A stretch of 64,000 nucleotides of DNA from a bacterium. GTDB taxonomy: Bacteria > Krumholzibacteriota > Krumholzibacteriia > LZORAL124-64-63. Below, piece after piece: positions 31,485 to 41,383 of the stretch. A program made the translations under genes and the position numbers. Every line of letters begins with the position of its first letter. Position 1 is the stretch's first letter. The notes beneath the pieces are model-generated. The model saw only the letters and a list, made by a program, of their open reading frames with translations. It did no database searches and was not told where the DNA came from. The stretch spans positions 1 through 64,000 of the forward strand of contig JANOEP010000010.1 of assembly GCA_031441465.1 (NCBI GenBank), read 5' to 3'.

Positions 31485-32524
31485 TCCGGCTCGCCGGCGC
31501 GCTCCTGCTGCTGCTCGGTGCGGTCCTGCCCGCCCGCGGCGAGGATTGGACGGCCGTCGAGAGCCTGTTCCGCGAAGGCGACTACACGACGGCGCGCAGC
31601 CTGGCGGGCTCCCTCGCCGCGGGGGCCCCGCGCTCCCTCGACGGCCTGCTCTGGAACTACCGTCTCGCCACGGACCCCGTGCAGGCGGCCATGCTGCGCG
31701 AGAAGCTGCTCGCCCGCGACGACCTGGACCCGTCGGTGAATCGCGCCCTGCGGCTGGACGCCGCCTGGACTTCCTACGCCCAGGGCGAACCCAGTCAGGG
31801 CTTTGCGTACCTCCCGCCGAAGGCTGCCGACGCCAAACGATCCCCGCCGGTGTCGCCGTTGCTGACGGGGTTGCTGTACCGGGCGGCGCGCGACGAGGCG
31901 ATGACCGAGACTACCTTCGCCAAGGCGGCGGACGACGACCCCGAGTTGCCCTGGATCATGCTGCTGCGTGGGCGCCGGGCGGCGGCCTTCGGCGATCCGG
32001 GCCTGGCCCGGCGCTGCCTCGGCGCCGACGAGGGCAACAACGGCACGCCCACCGACGCGGACCTGCTGGCCGCCCGCTGGCAGCTCGAACGCGACCAGGA
32101 TTCCCGGCTCGCCGACCGGATCGTCCGGGAACTGGAGCGCGCGTACCCGCTCTCGCCGGCGCTCGATCTCGTCCGCGGCCTGCAGCGGCAGCGCCTCGAA
32201 CTGGCGCTGATGGACGCGGCGTCCTCGAGCCCGTCGCCGCCGCCCTCGGCGACGGCGGAGACCGACGACACCCCGACCGCCCGCTTCGTCCTGCAGCTCG
32301 GCGCCTTCGGCGACCGCGGCCGGGCCCTGGCTTTCGTGGACCGCTGGCGGTCCTCGGTTCCCGGCCTGCACCTGGTGCAGTCGCACGATGCCCGCGGGCA
32401 GCTCCTGCACAAGGTGCGCGCCGAATCCTACAGCGACCAGCCGGAGGCCGCCGCTCGCGCCACCGCTTTGAGCGCGTCGTTCGGCCTGCCGGTGATCGTG
32501 GTCGACACCGCGGAGTCGCCGTGA
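31481..32524 (+). CDS. Exported helical-repeat protein with C-terminal SPOR domain
   Basis: Signal peptide; FVLQLGAF..RA and HKVR..SY SPOR-like motifs. Confidence 0.7.
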   Translation: MIRLAGALLLLLGAVLPARGEDWTAVESLFREGDYTTARSLAGSLAAGAPRSLDGLLWNYRLATDPVQAAMLREKLLARDDLDPSVNRALRLDAAWTSYAQGEPSQGFAYLPPKAADAKRSPPVSPLLTGLLYRAARDEAMTETTFAKAADDDPELPWIMLLRGRRAAAFGDPGLARRCLGADEGNNGTPTDADLLAARWQLERDQDSRLADRIVRELERAYPLSPALDLVRGLQRQRLELALMDAASSSPSPPPSATAETDDTPTARFVLQLGAFGDRGRALAFVDRWRSSVPGLHLVQSHDARGQLLHKVRAESYSDQPEAAARATALSASFGLPVIVVDTAESP

Positions 32525-35181
32525 CCGGCAAGGCCGTTCCGGCCAAGACGACGACCAGGTTGACGCCCATGCTGGCGCAATACCTGGAGATCAAGGCCGC
32601 CCACCCCGGCGCCCTGCTGCTGTTCCGCATGGGCGACTTCTTCGAGACGTTCTTCGACGACGCCAAGATCCTGGCCGACGTCTGCAACGTCACCCTCACG
32701 ACCCGCGACCGCAACAGCGACCATCCGGTGCCCCTGGCCGGCGTGCCGCACCACGCCCTGGACGTCTACCTGGCGCGCCTGCTGGCCGCCGGCCTCACCG
32801 TCGCGATCTGCGAGCAGACCGAGGATCCGGCCCAGGCCAAGGGCCTGGTCCGGCGCGAGGTCGTCGAGGTGATCAGCCCCGGCACCGCCACCGCGCCCGA
32901 ACTGCTGCCCGGTCCCGGCGGCATGGTCTGCCTCGCCTACCACCGCGGCGCCGCTGGCGAGGCGGGCTGGGCGACCCTGGACGCTTCCACGGGCGAGTTC
33001 CGCTGCGGCCAGGAAGACGTCACGCTCCCGTCGCTCTGCGAGCGTTGCGCCGTGCGGGAGGTGATCACGGCCGAGACCGTCGACGCCGAGGAATTCCGGC
33101 GCTGGCGCGCGGGGCTGCCCGAGACCGTCCTGAGCGCCGTCAGCGCCGCCTGGTTCCATCCCGCGCTGGCCGCCGACACCCTGCGCGAGCACTTCGGCGT
33201 GCGCGACCTGGATGCGTTCGGCCTGACGCACGAGCGGGCTTCCCTGGCCGTCAGCGCCGCGGGCGCGTTGCTGCGTTACCTGACCTCGCTGAATCTGAAG
33301 CGCCCCGTCCAGATCGTCAGCCTGCAGTTCGCGGCGCGCGGGGACCACATGCTGCTGGACGAGGAGACGCTGCGCAACCTGGAGGTCTTCCGCACCCTGC
33401 GCGGCGAGCGCGGGGAGGGGACGCTCGTCCATCACCTCGACCGCACCGCGACTCCGGCCGGCCGCCGTCTGCTCGAGCGTCGCCTGGCCGAACCCCTGAC
33501 CGACCTGAACGCGCTCGCCGACTGGCACCGCGGCGTGGCTGGCGCCCTGGACGACCGCGACTGGCGCGAGGAAGTGCGGCGGCGGCTGCGGGGCGTGGGC
33601 GATCTGGATCGCGGGGCCGTGCGGGCCGCGTCCGGCCGCATCGGTCCGGCCGCGCTGCGCCAACTGGGCGAGTCCCTGCGCGCCGCGGGGGAGGCCCTGG
33701 CCGCGGTCCGCAGCGCAGGCCACGAAGCCCATCCGGCGGCCGCGTGGGTGCGGGATGTTCCCGATCCGGCACCGCTGGCGACGCGCCTGCTGGACACGCT
33801 CGCCGAGCAGCCGCCGGCGGTGATGCGCCCCGGCGAGGTCGTGCGCACCGGCGTGTCGGCGGAACTGGACGCCGCCTTGGCCGTGGCCAGCGACACGCGC
33901 GGCTTCCTGGCGGCGCTGCAGGCCCGCGAGCGCGAACGCACCGGCATCTCCACGCTCAAGATCGGCTACAACCGGGTCTTCGGTTACTACTATGAGATCT
34001 CCAACAAGCACCTCGACAAGGTCCCGCCCGAGTTCGCGCAGAAGCAGACCCTCGTCAACGCCGCGCGCTTCCGCACCGACGAGCTGTCGGCCGCCGAGCA
34101 GACCATCCTGGACGCGGAAGAGCGCATGGGCCGGCTCGAAGCCGAGATCTTCGCCGCCCTGGTCGCCGACGTGGCGGCGGCCCTGGAGCGGATCCGCACC
34201 TTGTCCGCCCGCGTGGCCGAGGTCGACCTGCTGTTCGCCTTCGCCGAGCTGGCCGAGCGGCACCGTTACGTGCGGCCGGTCTGCGACGACTCGCTGGTGC
34301 TGGACATCGTCGACGGCCGCCATCCGGTCGTCGAGCAACTGCTGGACGGGGAATTCATCCCCAACGACGCTCTGCTGGACGGCGACGTGCGTCAGGTGCT
34401 GCTGCTCACGGGCCCCAACATGGGCGGCAAGAGCACCTACCTGCGCCAGGTCGCGCTGCTGGTCCTGATGGCGCAGGCGGGCAGTTTCGTGCCGGCCGCC
34501 CGTGCCCGCATCGGCGTCGCCGACCGGATCTTCACGCGGGTCGGCGCCGGCGACAACGTGGCCCGCGGGCAGTCGACCTTCTACGCGGAGATGAGCGAAA
34601 CGGCGCGCATCCTGCACCAGATGTCCCGCCGCAGCCTGGTCGTCCTGGACGAGGTCGGGCGCGGCACCTCCACCTACGACGGCCTGTCCCTGGCCTGGGC
34701 CATCACCGAGTTCCTCCACCACGACGACGGCCCGCGCCCGCGCACGATCTTCGCCACCCACTACCACGAACTCACCGGGCTGGAGAAGACGCTGCCGCGC
34801 CTGGTCAACCTGCGGCTCGAGGTGCGGGAGTGGCAGGGGAGCATCATCTTCCTGCACGCGGTCAAGCCGGGCTGCAGCGACAAGAGCTACGGGATCCACG
34901 TCGCCCGCCTCGCCGGCGTGCCCGAGCCGGTGCTGCGGCGCGCCGAAGAGCTGCTGGCCCTTTTCAGCAGCGAGGACGCCCGCACCCTCGCGCCCGAGCG
35001 CCTGTCCGGGACGCCCGGCTTCTCCCTGGCGGCGGACCGCCCGGCCGCGGCGACGCGGCAGCTCTCGCTGTTCTCCGACGGCGAGCGCGACGCCCTGGAC
35101 GCCCTGCGCGACTTGGACCTCGAGGGCATCAGCCCCATGGACGCCTTCCTCTGGCTCGCCCGCATCAAGAGGCAGCTCTGA
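32521..35181 (+). CDS. mutS: DNA mismatch repair protein MutS
   Basis: TPMLAQY..K, FRMGDFFE, TGPNMGGKSTYLRQ, LDEVGRGTST, SYGIHVA. Confidence 0.97.
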   Translation: MTGKAVPAKTTTRLTPMLAQYLEIKAAHPGALLLFRMGDFFETFFDDAKILADVCNVTLTTRDRNSDHPVPLAGVPHHALDVYLARLLAAGLTVAICEQTEDPAQAKGLVRREVVEVISPGTATAPELLPGPGGMVCLAYHRGAAGEAGWATLDASTGEFRCGQEDVTLPSLCERCAVREVITAETVDAEEFRRWRAGLPETVLSAVSAAWFHPALAADTLREHFGVRDLDAFGLTHERASLAVSAAGALLRYLTSLNLKRPVQIVSLQFAARGDHMLLDEETLRNLEVFRTLRGERGEGTLVHHLDRTATPAGRRLLERRLAEPLTDLNALADWHRGVAGALDDRDWREEVRRRLRGVGDLDRGAVRAASGRIGPAALRQLGESLRAAGEALAAVRSAGHEAHPAAAWVRDVPDPAPLATRLLDTLAEQPPAVMRPGEVVRTGVSAELDAALAVASDTRGFLAALQARERERTGISTLKIGYNRVFGYYYEISNKHLDKVPPEFAQKQTLVNAARFRTDELSAAEQTILDAEERMGRLEAEIFAALVADVAAALERIRTLSARVAEVDLLFAFAELAERHRYVRPVCDDSLVLDIVDGRHPVVEQLLDGEFIPNDALLDGDVRQVLLLTGPNMGGKSTYLRQVALLVLMAQAGSFVPAARARIGVADRIFTRVGAGDNVARGQSTFYAEMSETARILHQMSRRSLVVLDEVGRGTSTYDGLSLAWAITEFLHHDDGPRPRTIFATHYHELTGLEKTLPRLVNLRLEVREWQGSIIFLHAVKPGCSDKSYGIHVARLAGVPEPVLRRAEELLALFSSEDARTLAPERLSGTPGFSLAADRPAAATRQLSLFSDGERDALDALRDLDLEGISPMDAFLWLARIKRQL

Positions 35182-35228
35182 GCCGTTTTTCTTCAGCGGC
35201 GCCTCCAGCCGCCGATGTATAATCCGCC

Positions 35229-36920
35229 ATGCGTACCCCAACCGGACGGCCCGCTATCTGGAACGTCGCTTTTTTCATGCCCGCGGAGCGGGATGTGCCG
35301 TTGCTCGCCGAGGCCACGCAGCACGCCGACGTGCGCGTGCTCGGCGTGATCGCTCCCGATCGCTCGGCGCCGGCGGCCGCCCTGGCCGAGGTGATGGGGC
35401 TGACGATCTGGTCCGACCCGGCCGAGGCTCCGTTCCCGCGCGGCACCTTGCTGGTCGAACTGGCGGCCGCCGAGGCGCCGGCGCTGCAGGCTGCGGCGAC
35501 GTCGCGCGGTTGGCGGCGCCTGGGCGGCGAGGACTTCCGCGGCCTGCTGCACCCGGCCCCAACGTCACCGGTCCCGTCCTCCGCCGCCGACAGCGCCGTG
35601 CCGCCCCCAGCCGACGGGAGGGCCGACGCCGAGGCGTTCGTCCGGTCCCTGGATCGCGACCTCGCCGATCTCGCCGGCGGGGCGCAGGACCTGCCGGGGG
35701 TCCTGGCCGCCTGGACCTCGACCCTGGCCCTGCGCCTCGACGCGCGCCACGCCACGCTGGCGCTGCTGCGCGAGGACGGGTCGCTCCTGCTGGCCGAAGG
35801 CACGCCCGCCGGCGAAACCCGGCTCGAGGACGGCGACGCCGGCGCGTCCCCCTGGCGGGAGGTCTTCGCCGCCTCGCGACAGTTCGTGGCGGTCGAGCAG
35901 GGTGCCGATGACGGCCTGCACCTGACCGCCTGGCCGCTGACGTCCCTGGACGACGAACCGTCGGCCCGGACCCCACGCGCCGCTCTGGCCGCCGGGCACG
36001 TCGGCGCCGCGGCGGCCGCCCGCTTCCAGGCGCTGGGCGAAGTCCTGGCGCCCGTGCTGGGCCTGCGTTGCGAACTGCTGCGCCGTCAGACGGAACACGC
36101 GGCCCTCGCCGCCCGCTTCGAAGAACTGACGACGGCGGCGGCGTCGCTGGCCGCCGTGCCGGGCGACGCGGAACTCGCGCTGGCCGCCACGCTGCGGCGC
36201 TGCTGCGGCGCCCTCGCGGCCGAGCGGCGACCGGCGGACGCCGACCCCGTCTTCGACGGGATCGCTCCCGGTCAGTGGCTGGCCTTCGCGACACCCGGCT
36301 GCTTGCCGCGCTTGATCCTGCGCGTGGGGGCGTCCTGTTGGGACCTGCAGGGCAAGCAACGCCGCCACCCCTGGGACGCCGCCCATTTCACCGGCGACGA
36401 CGCCGCCGCGGCCGGATTGCTGCTGGCCGCGTCGCACCGCCGCCCGTCCGCGCCGCCGCCCGCGGCGCCCGCCGCCCACGTTCCCGCGCCGATCGTGGCG
36501 CGCGCGACGTCGCCCACGTCCGACCCCCCAGCCTCGGCTCCCGCGGTTCCGGAAGCGCTCCTGGACCTGCTCGCGCGGGAGATGGACCGCGCCGACCGCT
36601 ACCACGGCGCCTTTTCCCTGTCGGCCTTCCGCTCGCCGGCGGCTCTGGGACCCCTGCTGAGCGCCCTGGCCGCCCGGCTGCGCTCCTCCGACCGCGTGTT
36701 CGGCCACGACCCCTCCACGCTGCTGGTCTTCGCGCCCGACGAGAACCATGCCGTCGCCCAGCTGGAACAGCGGGTGCGCGACGCCCTGCCCGACCTGACC
36801 GGCATCGCGGAACTGCGCGTGAAGGCCGGGCGGGCGCTCTACCCCGGTCGCTTCACCTCGCCCGCCGAACTGGTGGCGGCCGCCCTGGCCGGCATCGACA
36901 CCGACACTCACGGCGATTGA
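35229..36920 (+). CDS. Hypothetical protein with a degenerate C-terminal GGDEF-like domain
   Basis: Fills the mutS-mutL gap; LLAREMDRADRY..FSL and LRSSDRVFG resemble the GGDEF fold but the signature is lost. Confidence 0.6.
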   Translation: MRTPTGRPAIWNVAFFMPAERDVPLLAEATQHADVRVLGVIAPDRSAPAAALAEVMGLTIWSDPAEAPFPRGTLLVELAAAEAPALQAAATSRGWRRLGGEDFRGLLHPAPTSPVPSSAADSAVPPPADGRADAEAFVRSLDRDLADLAGGAQDLPGVLAAWTSTLALRLDARHATLALLREDGSLLLAEGTPAGETRLEDGDAGASPWREVFAASRQFVAVEQGADDGLHLTAWPLTSLDDEPSARTPRAALAAGHVGAAAAARFQALGEVLAPVLGLRCELLRRQTEHAALAARFEELTTAAASLAAVPGDAELALAATLRRCCGALAAERRPADADPVFDGIAPGQWLAFATPGCLPRLILRVGASCWDLQGKQRRHPWDAAHFTGDDAAAAGLLLAASHRRPSAPPPAAPAAHVPAPIVARATSPTSDPPASAPAVPEALLDLLAREMDRADRYHGAFSLSAFRSPAALGPLLSALAARLRSSDRVFGHDPSTLLVFAPDENHAVAQLEQRVRDALPDLTGIAELRVKAGRALYPGRFTSPAELVAAALAGIDTDTHGD

Positions 36921-36946
36921 CGCTACGGCTCCCTGCCCGTTATCTT
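36917..36946 (+). promoter_or_regulatory. Candidate sigma70 promoter for mutL-miaA
   Basis: TTGACG-18 nt-TATCTT. Confidence 0.5.
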
Positions 36947-36988
36947 GTCCTGCCACACCCCGCGAGGCCCGCAACCCGACAGGACGCC

Positions 36989-38815
36989 ATGGCCGTCATG
37001 CAGCGCAAGCCCATCCGCGTGCTCGACAGCGCGTCGGTCGACCGCATCGCCGCCGGCGAAGTGATCGAACGCCCGGCTTCGGTGGTCAAGGAACTCGTCG
37101 AGAACGCGCTGGACGCGGGCGCGCGCATCGTCCGGATCAACGTGGAGGACGGGGGCCTGGCCTCCATCAGCGTCGACGACGACGGGTCCGGCATCCCGTT
37201 CCGCGAACTGCCCCTGGTCTGCGAGCGCCACGCCACGAGCAAGATCGTCTCGTCCGCGGACATCGTGCAGGTCGCCTCCTTCGGCTTCCGCGGCGAGGCG
37301 ATGGCGAGCATCGCCTCGGTCAGCCGCACGACCATCCTCTCCCGCACCGAGGACGAGGACGTCGGCGGGATGATCCGCATCATCGGCGGCACCATCGAGC
37401 GGCGCGAGCCGGCGCCGCGCAACCGCGGCACCACCATCACAGTCGAGGACCTGTTCTACAACACGCCCGCCCGGCGCAAGTACCTCAAGCTGCCCCAGGC
37501 CGAGAAGCGGGCCGTCCTGCAGACGGTGCAGTCCCTGGCCCTGGCCTACCCCGAGGTGCGCTGGCGGTTCACGGCCGACGGCGTCCTGCTGCTGGACCTG
37601 CTGCCGGCCGACTCGCTGCCGGCCCGCGCCCGGGAGATCCTCGGCGCGGCCTGCCTCGAGCACATGGCCCGCTTCGAGGCGCAGGAGGGGGGCGTCGTCG
37701 TCGGCGGCCTCGCCTCGCGCCCCACCTGGACGCGCCCCACGCGCGCCGACCAGTACGTCTTCGTCAACCGGCGGCCCGTCGAGAGCGCGCCGCTGTTCCA
37801 GGCCATCCGCGTGGCCTTCAAGGATGTGATCCCACCGGGCCGCTTCCCGTCGGTACTGCTGTTCCTGCAGGTGCCCTACGGCGACGTCGACGTCAACGTC
37901 CACCCCGCCAAGACCGAGGTGCGCCTGATGCTCGAGCGCCACATCTTCGGCATGGTGGTGCACGCGCTGCGCGAGGCGTTGGACCTGCGAACCGACCCCG
38001 CGTTCCGGCCCGTCGCGGGCGATGAACTGCCGGCGCCGGGCACGGCGCGCGGTCCCCTGCAGAGCATCGTCGAGGCGCAGGAGGACTACCTGCGCCGGCA
38101 TTTCACCGGTTCGGCGTCCACCGCCCCCGCCGCGTCCGGGCAGCCCGGCCTCTTCGACGCGTCGCGCCAGGCGCCCGCGTCCGAAGCCGGAGAACCGGCG
38201 CCCCCCACCCAGGCGGAGGACGACAGCACCGCGATCGCGCCGCGACAGGCGCCCTTCTGGCAACTCCACCGCACCTACATCTGCACCCAGACCAAGGGCG
38301 GGCTGTTGCTGATCGACCAGCACAACAGCCACGAGCGCATCCTCTACAACGAGGCCCAGAAATCCCTGGCCGCCGGCCAGCTGCGCTTTCCCGTCCAGCA
38401 GCTGCTCTTCCCCGTCACGCTGGACCTGACCCCGCTGCAGTTGCAGAGCTACCAGGCGGCGAGCGTCGACCTGGAGAAGCTCGGTTTCATCATCCAGCCC
38501 TTCGGCGGCCGCTCGGTGCTCGTGCAGGGCGTCCCAACCTCGCTGAAGAACTGGAACGAGGGCCAACTGCTGCTGGACATCCTGGATGACCTCGCCGGCG
38601 CCTCGCGCACCGGCCACGCGGCGCACGACGACCTGCTGGCCAGCTTCGCCTGCCACGGCGCGGTGCGCGCCGGCGCGCTGCTGACCATCCCCGAAATGCA
38701 AAACCTGCTGGACCTGCTGTTCGCCACCGACACGCCGCTGAGCTGCCCCCACGGCCGTCCCACGATGATCCAGTACCCGATCGAGGAACTCGAGAAGCGC
38801 TTCGGGAGACGCTGA
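36989..38815 (+). CDS. mutL: DNA mismatch repair protein MutL
   Basis: IAAGEVIERPASVVKELVEN, GFRGEA, DVNVHPAK; endonuclease motifs DQHNSHER, ACH, CPHGRP. Confidence 0.97.
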   Translation: MAVMQRKPIRVLDSASVDRIAAGEVIERPASVVKELVENALDAGARIVRINVEDGGLASISVDDDGSGIPFRELPLVCERHATSKIVSSADIVQVASFGFRGEAMASIASVSRTTILSRTEDEDVGGMIRIIGGTIERREPAPRNRGTTITVEDLFYNTPARRKYLKLPQAEKRAVLQTVQSLALAYPEVRWRFTADGVLLLDLLPADSLPARAREILGAACLEHMARFEAQEGGVVVGGLASRPTWTRPTRADQYVFVNRRPVESAPLFQAIRVAFKDVIPPGRFPSVLLFLQVPYGDVDVNVHPAKTEVRLMLERHIFGMVVHALREALDLRTDPAFRPVAGDELPAPGTARGPLQSIVEAQEDYLRRHFTGSASTAPAASGQPGLFDASRQAPASEAGEPAPPTQAEDDSTAIAPRQAPFWQLHRTYICTQTKGGLLLIDQHNSHERILYNEAQKSLAAGQLRFPVQQLLFPVTLDLTPLQLQSYQAASVDLEKLGFIIQPFGGRSVLVQGVPTSLKNWNEGQLLLDILDDLAGASRTGHAAHDDLLASFACHGAVRAGALLTIPEMQNLLDLLFATDTPLSCPHGRPTMIQYPIEELEKRFGRR

Positions 38816-38816
38816 C

Positions 38817-39758
38817 GTGGGCGGCGAGGCGCCCCGCCCCACCTGTCCGGTGATCGCCGGCCCCACCGCCGTCGGCAAGACCGGGTTGGTGGTCGAGTTG
38901 GCCGCGCGTTTCCCGATCGAGGTCATTTCGCTCGACAGCCGGCAGATTTATCGCGGACTGCGGCTCGGCACCGCCCAGCCCGACGCGGCCGAACTCGCCG
39001 CCTGCCCCCACCACCTCGTGGACTTCCTGCCCCCACAGGCGCGCTATTCGGCGCGCCGCTTCCGCGACGATGTTCAGCGCGTCGCGGCGGAGATCCGCGC
39101 CCGCGGCCGCTGCCCGGTGCTCGTCGGCGGGGCGGGGCTCTACCTGACCGCGATGCGCGACGGGTTGTTCCAGCTGCCGGCCGACCCCGCCGCCCTGGCT
39201 GCGATCCGCGACGAGTTGGGCGCGCTGCCCGACGAGCAGATCCGCGACCGCCTGCGCGCCGAGGATCCCGCGAGCTGGGAGCGCATCCACGCGCGCGACC
39301 GCTACCGTAGCCAGCGCGCCCTGGAGATCCGACGGCTGGCGGGGGAGTCCATGAGCGACCTGATGGCCGCGCGCCGTCCGGATCCCGCCTTGGGCTGGGA
39401 CTACCCGCTGGTGGTGCTCGATCGCGATCGAGGCGACCTGCGCGCGCGCATCGCCCGACGTCTGCAGTCCATGCTGGACGCGGGATGGCTCGCCGAAACG
39501 GCCGAGCTGATGGAGCGTCACGACCACGCTTGCCCGGGCCTGCTGACGCTGGGTTACCGGGAACTGGTCGCGCACCTGCGGGGGGAGACGGACCTGGCGG
39601 CGGCGCTCGCGCAGGTGACCCTGCGCACCGGACAGTACGCCAAGCGCCAGCAGACCTGGTTCCGCGCCCAGCCTCACCGGTACCGCGGAGCCCCCGACGA
39701 CCCGGCCTTGCGGGAGGCCCTGGTTCGCCTGCTGGAACTCGCCTGCGAGGGCGCCTGA
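38817..39758 (+). CDS. miaA: tRNA dimethylallyltransferase
   Basis: GPTAVGKT, DSRQIY, VGGAGLY, YAKRQ.TWFR. Confidence 0.95.
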   Translation: MGGEAPRPTCPVIAGPTAVGKTGLVVELAARFPIEVISLDSRQIYRGLRLGTAQPDAAELAACPHHLVDFLPPQARYSARRFRDDVQRVAAEIRARGRCPVLVGGAGLYLTAMRDGLFQLPADPAALAAIRDELGALPDEQIRDRLRAEDPASWERIHARDRYRSQRALEIRRLAGESMSDLMAARRPDPALGWDYPLVVLDRDRGDLRARIARRLQSMLDAGWLAETAELMERHDHACPGLLTLGYRELVAHLRGETDLAAALAQVTLRTGQYAKRQQTWFRAQPHRYRGAPDDPALREALVRLLELACEGA

Positions 39759-39774
39759 AGCCCGCGCGGCGCGC

Positions 39775-39804
39775 TTGACAGCGACCGTGAAGCCGGGCTA
39801 TCTT
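39775..39804 (+). promoter_or_regulatory. sigma70 promoter for tRNA-Gly
   Basis: TTGACA-18 nt-TATCTT just upstream of the tRNA. Confidence 0.6.
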
Positions 39805-39816
39805 GCCTGTCCTGGA

Positions 39817-39892
39817 GCGGGCTTAGCTCAGTTGGTAGAGCATCAGCTTCCCAAGCTGAGGGTCGCGGGTCCGAGTCCCGTAGCCCGCTCCA
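39817..39892 (+). tRNA. tRNA-Gly (CCC)
   Basis: GCGGGCT/AGCCCGC acceptor stem, anticodon arm TCAGC-TTCCCAA-GCTGA, encoded CCA. Confidence 0.93.
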
Positions 39893-39908
39893 ACAAGCTC
39901 GGAAAAAG

Positions 39909-39940
39909 GAACGGGTTGCGGAGACGCAGCCCGTTTTCCT
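39909..39940 (+). terminator. Intrinsic terminator after tRNA-Gly
   Basis: AACGGGTTGCG-GAGA-CGCAGCCCGTT followed by TTCCT. Confidence 0.65.
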
Positions 39941-39985
39941 ATCCTGCACGGATGATCTCGCCGCCACCCGAGCCGGACGGACGCC

Positions 39986-41287
39986 ATGATCCAGCTGATC
40001 CAGCCCTTCCCCTCGCCCCTGGACCGCGCCCATGCCTGGCGCGAGGGCGATGCGGTGACCGAGGTCGACGGCACGCCCGTCGAGGACATGCTCGACCTCT
40101 ACTACTACATGCCCCACGGCGAGAAGATGACCCTGACCATCGCCAGCCGCGACGGCGCCGTGAACAGCGTGGCCTTCGAGCCCTACGCGCTGGACAAGGT
40201 CATGAGCTGCTTCGCCGCCATGGAGTTCAAGACCTGCGCCTGCGACTGCGTCTTCTGCTTCATCGACCAGAACCCCCAGGGCATGCGCTCGAGCGTCTAC
40301 GTCAAGGACGAGGACTACCGGCTCAGCTTCCTTTACGGCAACTACATCACCCTGACCTCGCTGGGCCGACGCGGCCTGGAACGCGTCATCCGCCAGAAGA
40401 TGACCCCGCTGTTCGTCTCGGTCCACGCCACCGACATCGACGTGCGCACGCGCATGCTGGGCATCAAGCGCCGCATCGATGTGCTGGCGATCCTGAGGCA
40501 GCTGGTCGAGGGCGGCATCACCATCCACGCGCAGGTCGTGCTGTGCCCGGGCTGGAACGACGGGCCCGTGCTGGAGCAGTCGATCGCCGACCTGTTCGCG
40601 CTGTACCCGGGGGTGGAAACCCTGGCCGTGGTGCCGGTCGGCCTGTCGGCCCACCGCGAGGGCCTGACGAAGCTCGACCCGGTCACGCCGCGGATCGCCG
40701 CCGACACCATCGACCTGGTGGGCGTCTGGCAGGAACGCTGCCGCGCGCAGACCGATTCGACGTTCGTCCACCTCAGCGACGAGTTCTACCTGCTGACCGG
40801 CCGCCCCTTCCCCCCGCAGGACCAGTACGGGGACTTCGCCCAGCTCGACAACGGCATCGGGCTGACCCGCGGTCTGGAGCAGGCCTGGCGCGAGGCCCTG
40901 CAGGAACGCGCGGCCCACGGCAAACTGCCGATCCGCCCGGTGACGGTGCTGACCGGGAAGCTCGGCGAGCTGGCCTTCTCGCAGCGCCTGTTGCCGGCGC
41001 TGGACCGGCCCGGCCTGCCCGCGATCGAGGTGGTGGGGGTGGAGAACCGCTTCTACGGCGCGAGCGTGACGGTGGCCGGCCTGCTCTCCGGCGGCGACAT
41101 CCGGCGCGCCCTGGCCGAGCTGCCCGCCGCGCCCGTGCGCGACGTGCTGCTGCCGCCGCGGATGTTCAACAGCGACAACCTCACCCTCGACGGCCTCGAC
41201 CTCGACGCCGTCGCCGCGGGCCAGCCCCATCGCCTCCACATCCCCGACGAGGAAGGTCTCATTGACTTCTGGTCGGCGATGGGCTAA
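39986..41287 (+). CDS. DUF512 family radical SAM-like Fe-S protein with N-terminal PDZ-like region
   Basis: CACDCVFCFIDQNP (CxxxCxxC), KDEDYRLSFLYGNY.TLT, QLDNGIG, VTVAGLL; upstream of der. Confidence 0.85.
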   Translation: MIQLIQPFPSPLDRAHAWREGDAVTEVDGTPVEDMLDLYYYMPHGEKMTLTIASRDGAVNSVAFEPYALDKVMSCFAAMEFKTCACDCVFCFIDQNPQGMRSSVYVKDEDYRLSFLYGNYITLTSLGRRGLERVIRQKMTPLFVSVHATDIDVRTRMLGIKRRIDVLAILRQLVEGGITIHAQVVLCPGWNDGPVLEQSIADLFALYPGVETLAVVPVGLSAHREGLTKLDPVTPRIAADTIDLVGVWQERCRAQTDSTFVHLSDEFYLLTGRPFPPQDQYGDFAQLDNGIGLTRGLEQAWREALQERAAHGKLPIRPVTVLTGKLGELAFSQRLLPALDRPGLPAIEVVGVENRFYGASVTVAGLLSGGDIRRALAELPAAPVRDVLLPPRMFNSDNLTLDGLDLDAVAAGQPHRLHIPDEEGLIDFWSAMG

Positions 41288-41290
41288 CGT
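41262..41290 (+). promoter_or_regulatory. Candidate sigma70 promoter for der-plsY-gpsA
   Basis: TTGACT-17 nt-TAACGT. Confidence 0.5.
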
Positions 41291-41383
41291 CCCGCCCAGC
41301 AACGCGCGCCTTTTCCTGGCACGCGTCATCTTCTTGTTTGAAAAGTGATTGCAGGCCTCGCTTCAAGTGCGGAAGGATGGGAC

